Of a stretch of DNA of 63,848 nt, positions 36,801 to 48,865 are shown in pieces. The notes beneath the pieces are model-generated. The model saw nothing but the letters and a program-made list of their open reading frames with translations. It did not search any database and was not told the DNA's origin. The position numbers and the translations under genes are program-made. The DNA comes from Nemertoderma westbladi. Its lineage: Eukaryota; Animalia; Xenacoelomorpha. The stretch is taken from positions 1 through 63,848 of the forward strand of contig JAUCBJ010000532.1 in NCBI GenBank assembly GCA_032718475.1, given 5' to 3'. How positions within the stretch are numbered: position 1 is the first letter of the stretch; each line of letters starts with the position of its first letter.

Positions 36801-38288
36801 TATAGGAGTTTCTACTTCGCTAGCAGTATAGATGCGTGTAGGCTCCACACCTTGCGCATGAGATACTTCAGACCTAACAGGTTGACACATTGTTACAGGG
36901 GGTGGTAGTATACCCTTTTGTAAATTTACTAATTTATCACGTTCTAGCGCGATACTTTGCTGCACTTCTTGCAACTCTAGCCTACTTTCCCTTACTGTGC
37001 CCTTAAATTGCTGAACGGTCTCCTGCATCTGTCCGAGCAGGAGATCCATCCCCCGTCGTCTCTCATCCACCCATTCAACCGCCGAAGCGGGATTCGCCAA
37101 CGTTGTAGCGGGCGGACGAGGGACAACGGGCGACAAATCATGAATATTTCGCTCGGAGTCCAGGGCATGAACTGTCTCATGGGCTGTTCTGCTGGGCACA
37201 GGTAGCTTAGTGCTGTGCAAAGGGAATTGAGAGGTAGGTTCAGGGAGTACAGGTGTCTCTACGACCGAAAGGGTGGCTTCGGGAACAGGCCTAATTATTT
37301 CAGGCTCATCTACTATAGTAGGGAGTCTCTCTATTGTAATTATTTGGTCTGTGGGTTCTGTACTACCTAAGTTGGTGTTATTTAGTTGCCTTCTAACAGC
37401 TGGAGGCAAATCAGGCAAATTCTGATGGTGGGATGTTCTTTTACGTCTGCTTAGGTGAGATCTATTTCCTTTGCCTTCAGTGTCAGTGGTATCGCCTTCC
37501 TCAGATGATGTATAACCTTGTCTTTTGGGAGTAGATCGATTCATCATCTGCATATTACTAGCTGTTAACTGTTTATTAAAGTTGTCTTGTCTCTCTTGAA
37601 GATTTTCCAACTCTAGTTGGGTTGTCTCTTCAGATGCCCTCCGTTCTGCTTCTGCCACTGCTATTTTTCTTTCCGCTTCGGCCGCCTTTCTTTCCGCTTC
37701 TGCTGCTGCCACTTTTCTTTCCGCTTCGGCCGCCTTTCTTTCGGCTTCTACTGCTGCAGCTGCCACTTTTCTTTCCGTTTCGGCCGCCTTTCTTTCGGCT
37801 TCTACTGCTGCTGCTGCCGCTTTTGCCTCTGCCGCTGCCGCTTTTGCCTCTGCCGCTGCCTCTGCCGCTTTTCTATCCACTTCTGCCGCTTTTCGTTCCG
37901 CTTCTGCCGCTGCCACTGCCGCTGCTGCTGTCTTTCTATCTTCTATACGTTTTTTCTTTACTTGTTCTTCTTGAACCTTAGCGATGCGGATGCTTTCATT
38001 GAATTTAGCTTGGTTCGCAGCTAACCTATCCACATCGATTGCGTCCAACACATGCTGGGCTCCTTCACTATTAGGGCTAAGCCCCTCTAACCTTCTCCTC
38101 AACTCTTCATCACCTAAAAAACGTTGATAGTCTGACAGATAGATGTCAATGGCATCCCTCTTATGCGGTTTCTCTGCCGTTGCTTCACTTTCCACTTGGG
38201 AAAAAGTAGCGTCTGTTGATTCTCCATGGGTTGAGCGCTCCACCAGCTGAGCTTTCCACTGAGCTGTTCCTTGAACCTGGAGACTCAC
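30885..38288 (-). CDS. BEL/Pao Gag-Pol polyprotein (Gag, protease, RT, RNase H, integrase)
   Basis: FNGDEMKW Gag motif, BEL triple zinc finger CALC..H..C/CYNC..H..C/CAKC..HH..H, protease LLDSGS, RT YIDD, RNase H FGDAS/PRAEL/YWTD/NPAD..SRG, integrase HHCC plus GVDLFGP/SDKGTNF/WERLI. Confidence 0.97.
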   Translation of the reverse strand: MSLQVQGTAQWKAQLVERSTHGESTDATFSQVESEATAEKPHKRDAIDIYLSDYQRFLGDEELRRRLEGLSPNSEGAQHVLDAIDVDRLAANQAKFNESIRIAKVQEEQVKKKRIEDRKTAAAAVAAAEAERKAAEVDRKAAEAAAEAKAAAAEAKAAAAAVEAERKAAETERKVAAAAVEAERKAAEAERKVAAAEAERKAAEAERKIAVAEAERRASEETTQLELENLQERQDNFNKQLTASNMQMMNRSTPKRQGYTSSEEGDTTDTEGKGNRSHLSRRKRTSHHQNLPDLPPAVRRQLNNTNLGSTEPTDQIITIERLPTIVDEPEIIRPVPEATLSVVETPVLPEPTSQFPLHSTKLPVPSRTAHETVHALDSERNIHDLSPVVPRPPATTLANPASAVEWVDERRRGMDLLLGQMQETVQQFKGTVRESRLELQEVQQSIALERDKLVNLQKGILPPPVTMCQPVRSEVSHAQGVEPTRIYTASEVETPIVNPIKSNYRPVDNDIPYRPDHNPRNLYTDNSILNNTMAQESFTRQMARTEARQAVKVGEIVKFNGDEMKWLPFNEYYKDNIQNSVLSNGEKLRFLIECLEGSPKLMALKFIGHPDGLRQVWDTLNIRYGNRNNIAGYLYAKLVAPRKFISSRIIEFSDEIQEICRQLDWLGKSHEYQNAMVIRAVASTLPKGGVGTRWDKKVLYMMEQQRRDPTMADLMSFLDGEVKLQLLKLSREKTPENKVSEKPVARRKVTPVCYTDDGESQTSQGEDSGKDTDRSYYVNKMPKDQVSKFKSRTNDRREQVRKTPPTSPKRIQVRKPEEKTSVHNVTQSKVSNIKPKCALCDGTHRLNMCDEFLKKSLTERREVMWDKRLCYNCLRQGHQRRTCYSDTRCAKCGAKHHILLHTEFERNSPSQVSDSELHVQFSDVNDTDQSEMEGFYTDEFSDENESCYMINTTVYRALIYEKDTDIDLALTTSDRQPSWKAPTSNVGIREFPVVQVRVHGPKRSYVVNALLDSGSTGTFIDKELAEDIFAGQPKFRTKLNMSGIMQVWKSTVTADYYVGALSTPQDELGEHSIRSVKMVAIKNFATTQADLYNWDEDESIQHLKIPRFQTDYPGVQILIGQNAHEALETLEKRPAQPQPLQTYAVRTRVGWYFTGPFRRTLMERLPKDQVYQVREWEVENSEFDDPAEGTPYSSDNDDIHQLFDEENAIDLLKESETWQNQVNLCQLLLPSERDDYNDELNDVIERYNAKTRDEHAVRFFTQEVVEPNSYDKALSVEEERAKQIQATTTRFLKDQGRYEIGLPFRKREPKFINNRPLAEKRIAQLHRRLTANSSAKEMYQTQLKKFISKGYAELVPEETPITERTYYLTHHYVPKPGKPHEVRVVFDGSALYMGQSLNSELLPGPNLLQSLLGILLRLRQYSIAFASDIEGMFLQVKALDRDRDSLRFLWWPEGDLNKKPVEYWMTIQAFGIISSPSNACSVVRTTADDNRDAFSKEVIDNIKRDIYIDDNLKSLPSVEEAIEVAKGTVECLKKGGFRLTKFTSNSREFLESIPVEDRGTKDLDLIKDDLPETKTLGLKWDTERDILFFQLKQRDNPVRTKRICLSILSTYFDPLGFISPVILIARSLVQQMWLENHSWDDPLKGELLKKWMKWEESLPAIENFIISRSYFGHVLPTYSYQLHVFGDASDMGIGIVAYLRVETPDGIKVALVTSKALINNKLKVPRAELKAALYATAIGQNVTEQIDYPVEKTVYWTDALLVLEYITNEVCQFSVFVTNRVAIILSRTTMDQWRHCPGTINPADIASRGATPQELVDTPDWLGGPDFLYQEEEEWPPHLTTAEIRQAKGAEKVKPKTQGSKSKLFKPTVDLSVLHTSGDDALDQKPTATNKPIVEIRDKDWKSGIPDVSQGLSPLLQRAMHHYSSWNRLCKAVTYLKRCFHHHYSGMKTKGDTAPITSVQVHVIKDIPKYKVPDKFLKEKISYQEQEETNKQMLRLLQCDEDSDKYFLLLRNPQMRLRDRFSSTMIDGLIRVGGRLTNAPLSFDTKFPILIRNLEIQVKMIVDVHSKLYHAGRERVLSEIRTHYYFYKPRRALNQVLRNCIPCRKAFSRPLTQREAELPRERVSFYEPPFTNTGVDLFGPIEVYRARTIVKRWCVIFVCMTCRAIHLDMVNDLSTNSFLLSLRRQIARFGTSNTMRSDKGTNFIGANNEIKAYVKDWNQRQVDDQLRVTASSWTFNAADAPWWGGSWERLIRSVKTAFHFIVPCRAYLTDELLRTLMEEIAAYLNERPLMPVSSSPDSLEALTPAHFLLKKPVAMLPQSEITDGDEYCRQTWQLMQLLSRRFADHFEKHYLPTLQLRTKWFAQQENVSARDMVLIVDVDLPRKRWQTGRIIETHISDDGLVRSVELVVMRRNFKKPGIVFETQQLNRPVGRLCLLERDRELSGNYGRQDTLPTTTSLIQQTSRDSPT

Positions 38289-38297
38289 CCGCTGAAA

Positions 38298-39102
38298 CTA
38301 AGTCTTTACGGCAACTTGCAACGACGTGTCTTGTCTTCTTTTAGAAGCCTCCTCAAAGGCCGATAAGATTAGCCTAATTCGCAGAATTCTTTCTCTAACT
38401 TGATAAAGCAGTTGTCCCTGCTCTTGAGGTCCTTGAGGTTGTTGAAACAGTTGTTCTTTTACTCGCTCCATAGAGCTGAAGAATCCCTGTGCGTATCCGG
38501 CTGCGGACCTCTTCCACACAGCTGGATCGATGGTTTCCTTGGCTACTCCCATCCGGTGTATGTCTTCCCAGGCAGCTTCTGATAAATCAAACGGGAGTCC
38601 GGGTCCGGGGAAGTTCCATTGCGACTCGACCATAGACTTCAGTTCTTCCCTTGTGTATCCCTCATAACTATCTTTAGTTGATCGCTTACTTCTCGCCCAA
38701 TCGATCTGGTGTTCTTCCACCGCGATCAATAACCTAGTGAGTACGGCTGCAGGAAGGATGAGAAGGGGATCCGAATAAACCGCATCCGTCATCCTTGCTC
38801 CGCGCTCGGGTGTCAGCTCTACAGTATCTTCACTACTGGAGCTGTCGGGCCGCTGAGAAATAAGTTCTTGGCTCGCGGGTTGTTGCTGTTCCCCTGCTTC
38901 TTGGTCCCGCTTGACCTCGAGTGCCTATGATAGACCTACGATGTTGGACCAGCCTAGGTTCTGTTATTACTACTGGAGGGATGACCTTCCTCACAGTGGG
39001 AGGTGAACTGAACTTAGGTGTAGACGGTTCTACACCCTTATCTGAGTCGCAGATAGTTACATCTAATAAACTGTCTGACAGGTTCTGCTTAGTATCAGAC
39101 AT
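38298..39102 (-). CDS. Interrupted N-terminal extension of the BEL polyprotein
   Basis: ORF 38792-38298 is in frame with gag-pol, separated by one TAG. Its frame is open up to about 38925, overlapping the MSDTKQ ORF that starts at ATG 39102. Confidence 0.6.
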
Positions 39103-39224
39103 GTTTGTTTGCACAGTTGAATGCCTACTGCTATATTACAGTCTAAGTAAGTCTAGTAATTCAGCATTAACTGCTAGCCTAGTAATTAATTACCGATACT
39201 GCTACTCAGTGTAGCGTGATATAT

Positions 39225-39600
39225 ATATAATGTTAGAATACCGGTATGCTTATGGTATATATAAGTATTATTACAGACTAGAATTAATTACAGAATACCG
39301 GTATGATTTCAGCACAAATATAAATATATAATAGGCCTATCGTGGATACCGGTATGCAGTTTACACTTATAGTATATATAAGTATTATTAGTAACTAGAA
39401 TTAATTACAGAATACCGGTATGATTTCAGCACAAATATAAATATATAATAGGCCTATCGTGGATACCGGTATGCAGTTTACACTTATAGTATATATAAGT
39501 ATAATTATTAACTAAAATTAATTACAGAATACCGGTATGATTTCAGCCTAAGTTTATGAAAATAAAGATAATAAGCCTATTGTAAATACCGGTATATCAA
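39225..39600. repeat. About 118-bp tandem repeat, roughly three copies
   Basis: AATTAATTACAGAATACCGGTATGATTTCAGC recurs near 39282, 39399 and 39517. Confidence 0.85.
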
Positions 39601-40557
39601 TTATTTTAAATAATTGAATTTCTCAATTTTAAGGGTTACTTGGTTACTTTAACTTACTTTATTACCGTTATTTAAGCAGTAGTCCAACTGATATTGAGAC
39701 CTAATTGTTATATGGCAGGCCTACTATTTATAAATCGTTTGAGTTGATTTATAATATATATATACCCGTTTAATGGGTTTTGTCAATGTTTGAAATAAAT
39801 GTTATTATTTCTGGGGGAGTCACTACACATAAGCTGTGCGCTCTCAGTGGAGTGCTACTTGTTGGACACTAAAACAAATAATTCTAATTTAACTAAGTTA
39901 CTTAATACTACAAATTACGTACAATTCGGGTTGAGATTACAATCTCTAAATAAACACAAAAATTTTATTACAAATACACAAATACAAATTTTTAGGGTAA
40001 TTTTACAAGAAGTCTACTAACCAGCCTAACAAAGGGTTAGAATATCTGGTTATTACAACGGACAGGTTACTACGGTATTTGAAAATAATAAGTAGTAGTA
40101 AATATACTGTGTTGTCCAGATAGGAAAATACCACCGCCTGACGACCTATAACCGTATCGCTATAGGTACTACGTTATGTATCACGGAGTGTCCCTACCTA
40201 GAAGTTAATTACCGCGGTCTACCAGAACCAACGTGCCTATTAACCACTTTACAACACAAATACACTGCCTACACACTAATCACCTTCGGAAAGTACTGTA
40301 CACTAAACCCTAAATTAGGTACAAGTACTTGTACAACAAATAATCAGTAGTTAAAAATACTTGAACAGCTAAAAGAACCACGGTATCTGCCGGAGTGACC
40401 AAAGCATAAAATCTCCAGTCTTTACCTACGCCGAGCAGCCCTGATGTAGTACCGGGGTTAGTTTAACTATAACGGTATGTATAACAAACACAATTACTGT
40501 AGGAATAAACTTGGGGAATGAATGTTGCGAATAATCGCATAAACTCTGAATAATAAA

Positions 40558-41127
40558 TATTACGCTACGCGTACAAACTACTCAAACAAAATGCAGACCA
40601 AATACTGACAGACTACTATCAAGCCTAAACAAACTACGGTATATGCAGACTCCGAAATGATTAGTTAGTATGCGTTCTAACCCAGTAGTACGACTTATTC
40701 TTTCACAGGGGGTTTACCTCACAGCACTTGAAGCCCCTACTTTCCTAACTAGCACTTCATCGGACAGATGCTCTACACACACCGAAATTTCCTCAAACCC
40801 AACAACAGCCAGACAACTATCCAGCCTACAAATTATCTAAATAAAATTATACGCTACCCGTACAGACTACACAAACAAAGTACAGACCAAACGCTGGCGG
40901 ACTCCTATCAGGCCTAAATAAACCACAGGACATGCAGACTCCGAAATGGTTAAGTAGTATGCGTTCTAACCCAGTAGTACGACTTATTCTTTAGATGGGG
41001 GTTTACCTTACAGCTATGGCTGCCCCTACTTCCTAACCGTTCTTTATCGGACATACACTCTACATGCACTGCAATCCGTTCAGACCTAATCAACAGTTAG
41101 CCAACAGTCAAGCCTACAAATTATCTG
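40558..41127. repeat. Diverged tandem duplication of about 290 bp in the BEL leader
   Basis: TAGTATGCGTTCTAACCCAGTAGTACGACTTATTCTTT occurs at about 40666 and 40955, with alignable flanks. Confidence 0.88.
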
Positions 41128-43586
41128 TACAATCTGAGCAGGCTTACACGCCTTCTGCTCAATACTGGCCTACAAATAAATAAAACTGACAGAAATAAGT
41201 AAGCTCCAAAAGAAACAAGGGGTGTACAGTCCCTAATCTCTTAAACAGCCTACCGGTATACAATACCACAATCGAATAATACTGCTGTACCTGTACTGTA
41301 GGTACCGGTCCGGATGATCAGGCTGTCAGGCCTACTGGTTACCGGTCGACCGGTACTTTCGACTAGATTGCTTACACCGCAATCCAGAAGCAATATCTGT
41401 TATTGTTTCTGGATTAGATCAATATCTGTTATTGTTTGCGCTTTTAAGACCTTTGACAGTTTAACCTGCCAAATTAGGATGTCTTTTGGATGATATCTAG
41501 TCTTTAGCCTATGACGAGTATTTGATACACTACATTAGCCGAAGTCAGTCTATGCGCAATCATTCACCCGCTGGATATACCCGGGAGACGGAATTCGGAA
41601 GCTTAATGATTGATGGTGTAAGCCTACCGTATTATTCGACTGATCGTAATATATAATCTCTGACAAATATTATTCACTTTCGGGAAATATTAACAGTTCC
41701 TTTAGGACGTGGCGCTCTAAATATGTAAACAGAGTTATGACTTAAACTAGACACAACGAAAAGGCTATACATTCACGTATATGGCACATTCTTTAGGAGA
41801 TGCTTTGTTATCAGTTACACTCATACACAATGCTGCACAATACTGCACACTAATCTGCCGACCTTCACTAAATTTGGTCACGTATAAAGAGAGCAACATA
41901 CAATTTATGTAGGGCATATGAAATAGCATTAGATTCACTTCAAACCACTTAACATAGGTCGCAATCGTTTATCTGTAACCGGTCTCTCTAACCTTTAGTA
42001 TATCAAGAAGATTGGGATGTCGGACTATTGATCAGTATTCCGATATAATATTTCATCAACAAATATAATGAACAACCGACAGCAAAAGCAGTAATATTAG
42101 TAATTTATGGATAGTGAGTGAGTAAGTAAGTAGGTAGATAACAGATATACGTTCTATAATTAAGCCTACTAATGTAAGACTAAAGACTGAAACACGGAGG
42201 TGCCAAAAGCCGGTGTTCTTAGGCTCTGGGCAAAAACATAACACTGAACTACTGAGTTCTGTATCCACCTCCAACACAGAGACAAAAAACGCTCTGATTG
42301 GTCAACCGAACAACGAGAGAACAAAGAAACAAAGAAATGTCGACGTGGCAATATCAGCTGTTAGCCGTCGTCATGGTAGCGACACTGTTTTCAAGAGTAT
42401 CTAGCTTATCGCGTCATGAGATTGCGGATTATGTCCTCTAAAGTACAAATACAGAAGAAATGACTTTTATGTCCTCTAAAACACCAGTACAGCAAGGACA
42501 CGGCCTTTTTATGCCTGGCAAACCAACTACAGAGTACTTTAAGGGAAAATAACCGGTTAATTACGCAAAAGCTTTTACAGTGCATTCCAATTAGAGATAA
42601 GTCAGGATTAAGCAACTTAATGGCTTATAAATTATTCAAGCAGCAAGGTAAGTTCTCCATAATAAAGGTGATACTAATTGTTAGAGATTAGAGAATACTA
42701 ATTTCTAGAGATTCTAGAACCCGAATGTTTTGTAAACCAGGATCAGATTGCCTAGCAACAACATCCGATGAAAATAACTGCAACTGTTACTGTTAATGGG
42801 GGGGGGGGGGGGTTGCTGTATCAAAATTACAATATTACGGGTTTTATAGATACTTGTTAATATACTAATGTTAATAACATTTTAAAACATACAATATTTA
42901 TAAGCACAAATTATTAGGTTATCGGTGAGCGTGATTTTACTGCGAATTTAATCATCCATGTCACTCAGTATATTGTATAGAAACAGAAATCAAATCACAC
43001 TTCCTTAATTCCGGTATCGTTTGTTGCTGAAACTCCACCTCACAGATATCAGTTATAAATTCCGTTTCGAAAGGCGCGCGTATAATTGTGATGCTTTCCA
43101 GCCTGTCCGCACTCCATTTCCAACTCTTTCAGACAGCGGCTCATTTGATTTCACGCGGAGAACCAATAATATTAGTTGGAGACTGTTTGTTAGAATTAAT
43201 TCTAATAAATTTAGATTCTACTGTATTCTATTGGATTGATTCTATACTATTCTATGGGTACGCACCTTTTTACCAATTATTGGACAATTTTAATGGCTAT
43301 TATCATGAGTTTTTTGTTTAAGAATATAAATTTCATCTTCTGTAAGACGTTAGCTATTGTTTTTTTTTATGGTAGATAGTGTTTTTTTTAGGTAGCTACT
43401 GTTTTTAAATTTACAAAACAAAACTTCTGGACCCTGTTAATGGATATTATCATCATGTTTTTTGTTCTAGAACTTAAATTTCACCTTCTGAGAGACGTTA
43501 GCTGTTATTTTTTATCATTATTCAATCATTATAAGTTTATTTTACCGAAAATAACATATCTTTTATTGGCGCAATTTACTTTTTAA

Positions 43587-43939
43587 CCAGGTAGTGTACA
43601 AATTTAGGAATCGCGTAATTGTTCTTGAAATTAATATATCATATCTCTCCAACCACGTACGCGTTTCAACCTTACTGGGTCTCTTCAGCGTGGTGTCGGA
43701 TTCGAACCTGGGACCTCGAGGTGGAAGCCGAGACTACAACCGCGAGGCCACAGGTTCTTTAGATATGGAGTATTAATTTCAAACCCAGCTGGCATTTTAT
43801 TAGCCCCTGATTTTTATTAAAAAAATTGATAGTAACAATGTGTTGGCAAGCTGTGTTTTTCGAGGTACGTGGTTTGGAGAGATATGAGATATTAATTTCA
43901 AGAAAAATTACGCGAATCCTAAATTTGTACACTACCCGG
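43587..43939. mobile_element. piggyBac-like MITE with TTAA TSD
   Basis: TTAA|CCAGGTAGTGTACAAATTTAGGA... and ...TCCTAAATTTGTACACTACCCGG|TTAA; TIRs about 75 bp; internal tRNA-like segment at 43690-43751 (-). Confidence 0.8.
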
Positions 43940-45261
43940 TTAAAAGGTACGGTTAAGGGGGGAGGGGTACACCATTTTGGTCAAAAATATGTCGAAATGT
44001 TTTTTATGATCTATTATAATGCACCATTGAATGGTGTTTCCAAATCTGAAAACCGCTATTTAATAGCTCTTTTAGTTTTCATGTTATTACAATTTCCATT
44101 TAGGAATTCCTATTGAAAAAATTTTTATTACTATGTATAATGAAAGGTCGATTATCACCAAATATTTTCGAAATTTTTTATTAATAAAATTTAATACTAT
44201 TTATAACAAACCTAAAAATTTAGCATAAATTTGCAGCGCCACCTAGCGGTGCAGAACTATTTTCACAAAATTTCGCCTGATAGATATGTTGCCACATCTT
44301 TGATCTATCATATAAAAAAACTTTCATGTGATTAGATTCAAAACTGTAAAAGCCTTAGTGTTTTAAGCGCAACCAAGTTTTTTTATTGTTAACTAGTATT
44401 AACTAATATTAAATAGCGAAAAAAATTTCTTCTGACCTGTCATGTAGAATAGCATCTTAGGTACCTATATTCCAATTATAGCCAAAACCAAACAATTTTG
44501 AAACGCTGAGAGTGATAAATCGAAGAGTTATCCGAAAATTGTTCCACTACAGCACTCCAGCCTATTCGAATTTATCGCAGTATATAAATATATACACGTA
44601 CGTGTAGCGTCGCACAGCACGAGCGGCTGCTTACTCGAGAACGGTTAACCAAAGTACTCGACTCGTGCAGCGCGAATGCCTACGAACATTTTCACAATAT
44701 TGGAACTTTTTTTGAATAAAGGTCAATTTCAAAAGTTATTAACGATTGAATTTTTCTTTACAGAAAGAAGGACAGACAGACAGATAGACATACGGACATA
44801 ATATTTTTGCCCTAATACTAATTGTAATTGTGCGCTAGTAATTGGATATTAAGTTTGGCCGATCGGTAAAATTTAGTTACATTAAAGAGCATCAAAAATA
44901 AAATGATTTACTATTACTTTATCATTTTAATTAATCATCAATAAATTATTATTCAATTATTACTCAATTATTATTCAAATAATATTAGTGTAGATGGAAA
45001 ATACGTCTGATTTATAAGCACTATGATGATATGATATTTGTTTCATATGATATATAACACTATAAGGCGTTGTCATTATGGCTCATTTTATTATGCTAAT
45101 GCTATAATTAATATAATAATGTAGGAATAGGCCTACAGTATAGCTGAGAATGAAGCAAACGTTTATAATCACTACTGTATTTGTATTGTAGCCTATATTA
45201 CTCACTACTCGTATCAATTAACCCCACGGTATAACGGCCACGGACTCAATCGCTCAATTAA

Positions 45262-48200
45262 ATTATTATTCAATTATTATTCAATTATTATTCAATTATT
45301 ATTCAATTATTATTCAATTATTATTCAATTATCATTCAATTATTATTCAATTATCATTCAATTATTATTCAATTATTATTCAATTATTATTCAATTATTA
45401 TTCAATTATTATTCAATTATTATTCAATTATTATTCAATTATTATTCAATTATTATTCAATTATTATTCAATTATTATTCAATTATTATTCAATTATTAT
45501 TCAATTATTATTCAATTATTATTCAATTATTATTCAATTATTATTCAATTATTGTTCAATTATTATTCAATTATTATTCAATTATTATTCAATTATTATT
45601 CAATTATTATTCAATGATTATTCAATGATTATTCAATGATTATTCAATTATTATTCAATTATTATTCAATTATTATTCAATTATTATTCAATTATTATTC
45701 AATTATTATTCAATTATTATTCAATTATTATTCAATGATTATTCAATTATTATTCAATTATTATTCAATTATTATTCAATTATTATTCAATTATTATTCA
45801 ATTATTATTCAATTATTATTCAATTATTATTCAATTATTATTCAATTATTATTCAATTATTATTCAATTATTATTCAATTATTATTCAATTATTATTCAA
45901 TTATTATTCAATTATTATTCAATTATTATTCAATTATTACTCAATTATTACTCAATTATTATTCAATTATTATTCAATTATTATTCAATTATTATTCAAT
46001 TATTATTCAATTATTATTCAATTATTATTCAATCATTATTCAATCATTATTCAATTATTATTCAATTATTATTCAATTATTATTCAATTATTATTCAATT
46101 ATTATTCAATTATTATTCAATTATTATTCAATTATTATTCAATTATCATTCAATTATTATTCAATTATTATTCAATTATTATTCAATTATTATTCAATTA
46201 TTATTCAATTATTATTCAATTATTATTCAATTATTATTCAATTATTATTCAATTATTATTCAATTATTATTCAATTATTATTCAATTATTATTCAATTAT
46301 TATTCAATTATTATTCAATTATTATTCAATTATTATTCAATTATTATTCAATTATTATTCAATTATTATTCAATTATTATTCAATTATTATTCAATTATT
46401 ATTCAATTATTATTCAATTATTATTCAATTATTATTCAATTATTATTCAATTATTATTCAATTATTATTCAATTATTATTCAATTATTATTCAATTATTA
46501 TTCAATTATTATTCAATTATTATTCAATTATTATTCAATTATTATTCAATTATTATTCAATTATTATTCAATTATCATTCAATTATTATTCAATTATCAT
46601 TCAATTATCATTCAATTATTATTCAATTATTATTCAATTATCATTCAATTATTATTCAATTATTATTCAATTATTATTCAATTATTATTCAATCATTATT
46701 CAATCATTATTCAATTATTATTCAATCATTATTCAATCATTATTCAATTATTATTCAATTATTATTCAATTATTATTCAATTATTATTAAATTATCATTC
46801 AATTATCATTCAATTATTATTCAATTATTATTCAATTATTATTCAATTATTATTCAATTATTATTCAATTATTATTCAATTATTATTCAATTATTATTCA
46901 ATTATTATTCAATTATTATTCAATTATTATTCAATTATTATTCAATTATTATTCAATTATTATTCAATTATTATTCAATTATTATTCAATTATTATTCAA
47001 TTATTATTCAATTATTATTCAATTATCATTCAATTATTATTCAATTATTATTCAATTATTATTCAATTATTATTCAATTATTATTCAATTATTATTCAAT
47101 TATTATTCAATTATTATTCAATTATTATTCAATTATTATTCAATTATTATTCAATTATTATTCAATTATTATTCAATTATTATTCAATTATTATTCAATT
47201 ATTATTCAATTATTATTCAATTATTATTCAATTATTATTCAATTATTATTCAATTATTATTCAATTATTATTCAATTATTATTCAATTATTATTCAATTA
47301 TTATTCAATTATTATTCAATTATTATTCAATTATTATTCAATTATTATTCAATTATTATTCAATTATTATTCAATTATTATTCAATTATTATTCAATTAT
47401 TATTCAATTATTATTCAATTATTATTCAATTATTATTCAATTATTATTCAATTATTATTCAATTATTATTCAATTATTATTCAATTATCATTCAATTATT
47501 ATTCAATTATCATTCAATTATCATTCAATTATTATTCAATTATTATTCAATTATCATTCAATTATTATTCAATTATTATTCAATTATTATTCAATTATTA
47601 TTCAATCATTATTCAATCATTATTCAATTATTATTCAATCATTATTCAATCATTATTCAATTATTATTCAATTATTATTCAATTATTATTCAATTATTAT
47701 TAAATTATCATTCAATTATCATTCAATTATTATTCAATTATTATTCAATTATTATTCAATTATTATTCAATTATTATTCAATTATTATTCAATTATTATT
47801 CAATTATTATTCAATTATTATTCAATTATTATTCAATTATTATTCAATTATTATTCAATTATTATTCAATTATTATTCAATTATTATTCAATTATTATTC
47901 AATTATTATTCAATTATTATTCAATTATTATTCAATTATTATTCAATTATCATTCAATTATTATTCAATTATCATTCAATTATTATTCAATTATTATTCA
48001 ATTATTATTCAATTATTATTCAATTATTATTCAATTATTATTCAATTATTATTCAATTATTATTCAATTATTATTCAATTATTATTCAATTATTATTCAA
48101 TTATTATTCAATTATTATTCAATTATTATTCAATTATTATTCAATTATTATTCAATTATTATTCAATTATTATTCAATTATTATTCAATTATTATTCAAT

Positions 48201-48415
48201 TATTATTCAATTATTATTCAATTATTATTCAATTATTATTCAATTATTATTCAATTATTATTCAATTATTATTCAATTATTATTCAATTATTATTCAATT
48301 ATTATTCAATTATTATTCAATTATTATTCAATTATTATTCAATTATTATTCAATTATTATTCAATTATTATTCAATTATTATTCAATTATTATTCAATTA
48401 TTATTCAATTATTAT
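45262..48415. repeat. 11-bp satellite (ATTATTATTCA)n, about 3.15 kb
   Basis: Direct reading; rare variants ATC, ATG and TAAA. Confidence 0.98.
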
Positions 48416-48714
48416 GCACTAATCGTTCAATCGATAAATTAAATTAAATTTTTTATTGTTAAATGCTTCCGCCTCAGTCACAATTTCAGTAATTTTTGCC
48501 GTTTTGAAGGTCCGCGTTCGTCACTGTCTCTTTGATTATCCAAACTTTGAGACTGATTAATTGCGGTCCGCAAAAGCACTGACCTATTTTGTTTATAGAT
48601 GTAAGAAATTCCGAATACGGTATCCTTGTTGCAGGAAATTAGAATCCTATTAGTGCACACTTAATCTGGTTAACCGCGTCTCGTGCTGTGCGCGATACGA
48701 AACAGGGATTTGAA

Positions 48715-48865
48715 CAAATTTATTTCGCATTGATTTACTTTATATCACTTTGATGTACTTTATTTCACTTAGATTTAGTTTATTTCACTTCGATTTAGTT
48801 TATTTCACTTCGATTTAGTTTATTTCACTTCGATTTACTTTATTTCACTTCGTTTGAGTTATTTA
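48715..48865. repeat. 20-bp tandem repeat TTTATTTCACTTCGATTTAG
   Basis: About 7 copies, degenerate at the ends. Confidence 0.85.

Larger units (their letters stand above)
25001..42760 (-). mobile_element. BEL/Pao LTR retrotransposon (outer boundaries uncertain)
   Basis: Gag-pol is certain. The long repeat-containing leader (39100-42170) and LTR-like block (42173-42760) are inferred; no matching second LTR found. Confidence 0.6.

Noticed and set aside
31012-38024. Short + strand ORFs opposite the BEL polyprotein
   Set aside because: Antisense shadows of a long coding frame, with no independent evidence.
40138-40172. CTGACGA followed by a CCTATA/TATAGG stem (hammerhead candidate)
   Set aside because: No GAAA after the stem.
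45636-46790. 384-aa IIQLLFNYYS ORF
   Set aside because: Artefact of the 11-bp satellite.
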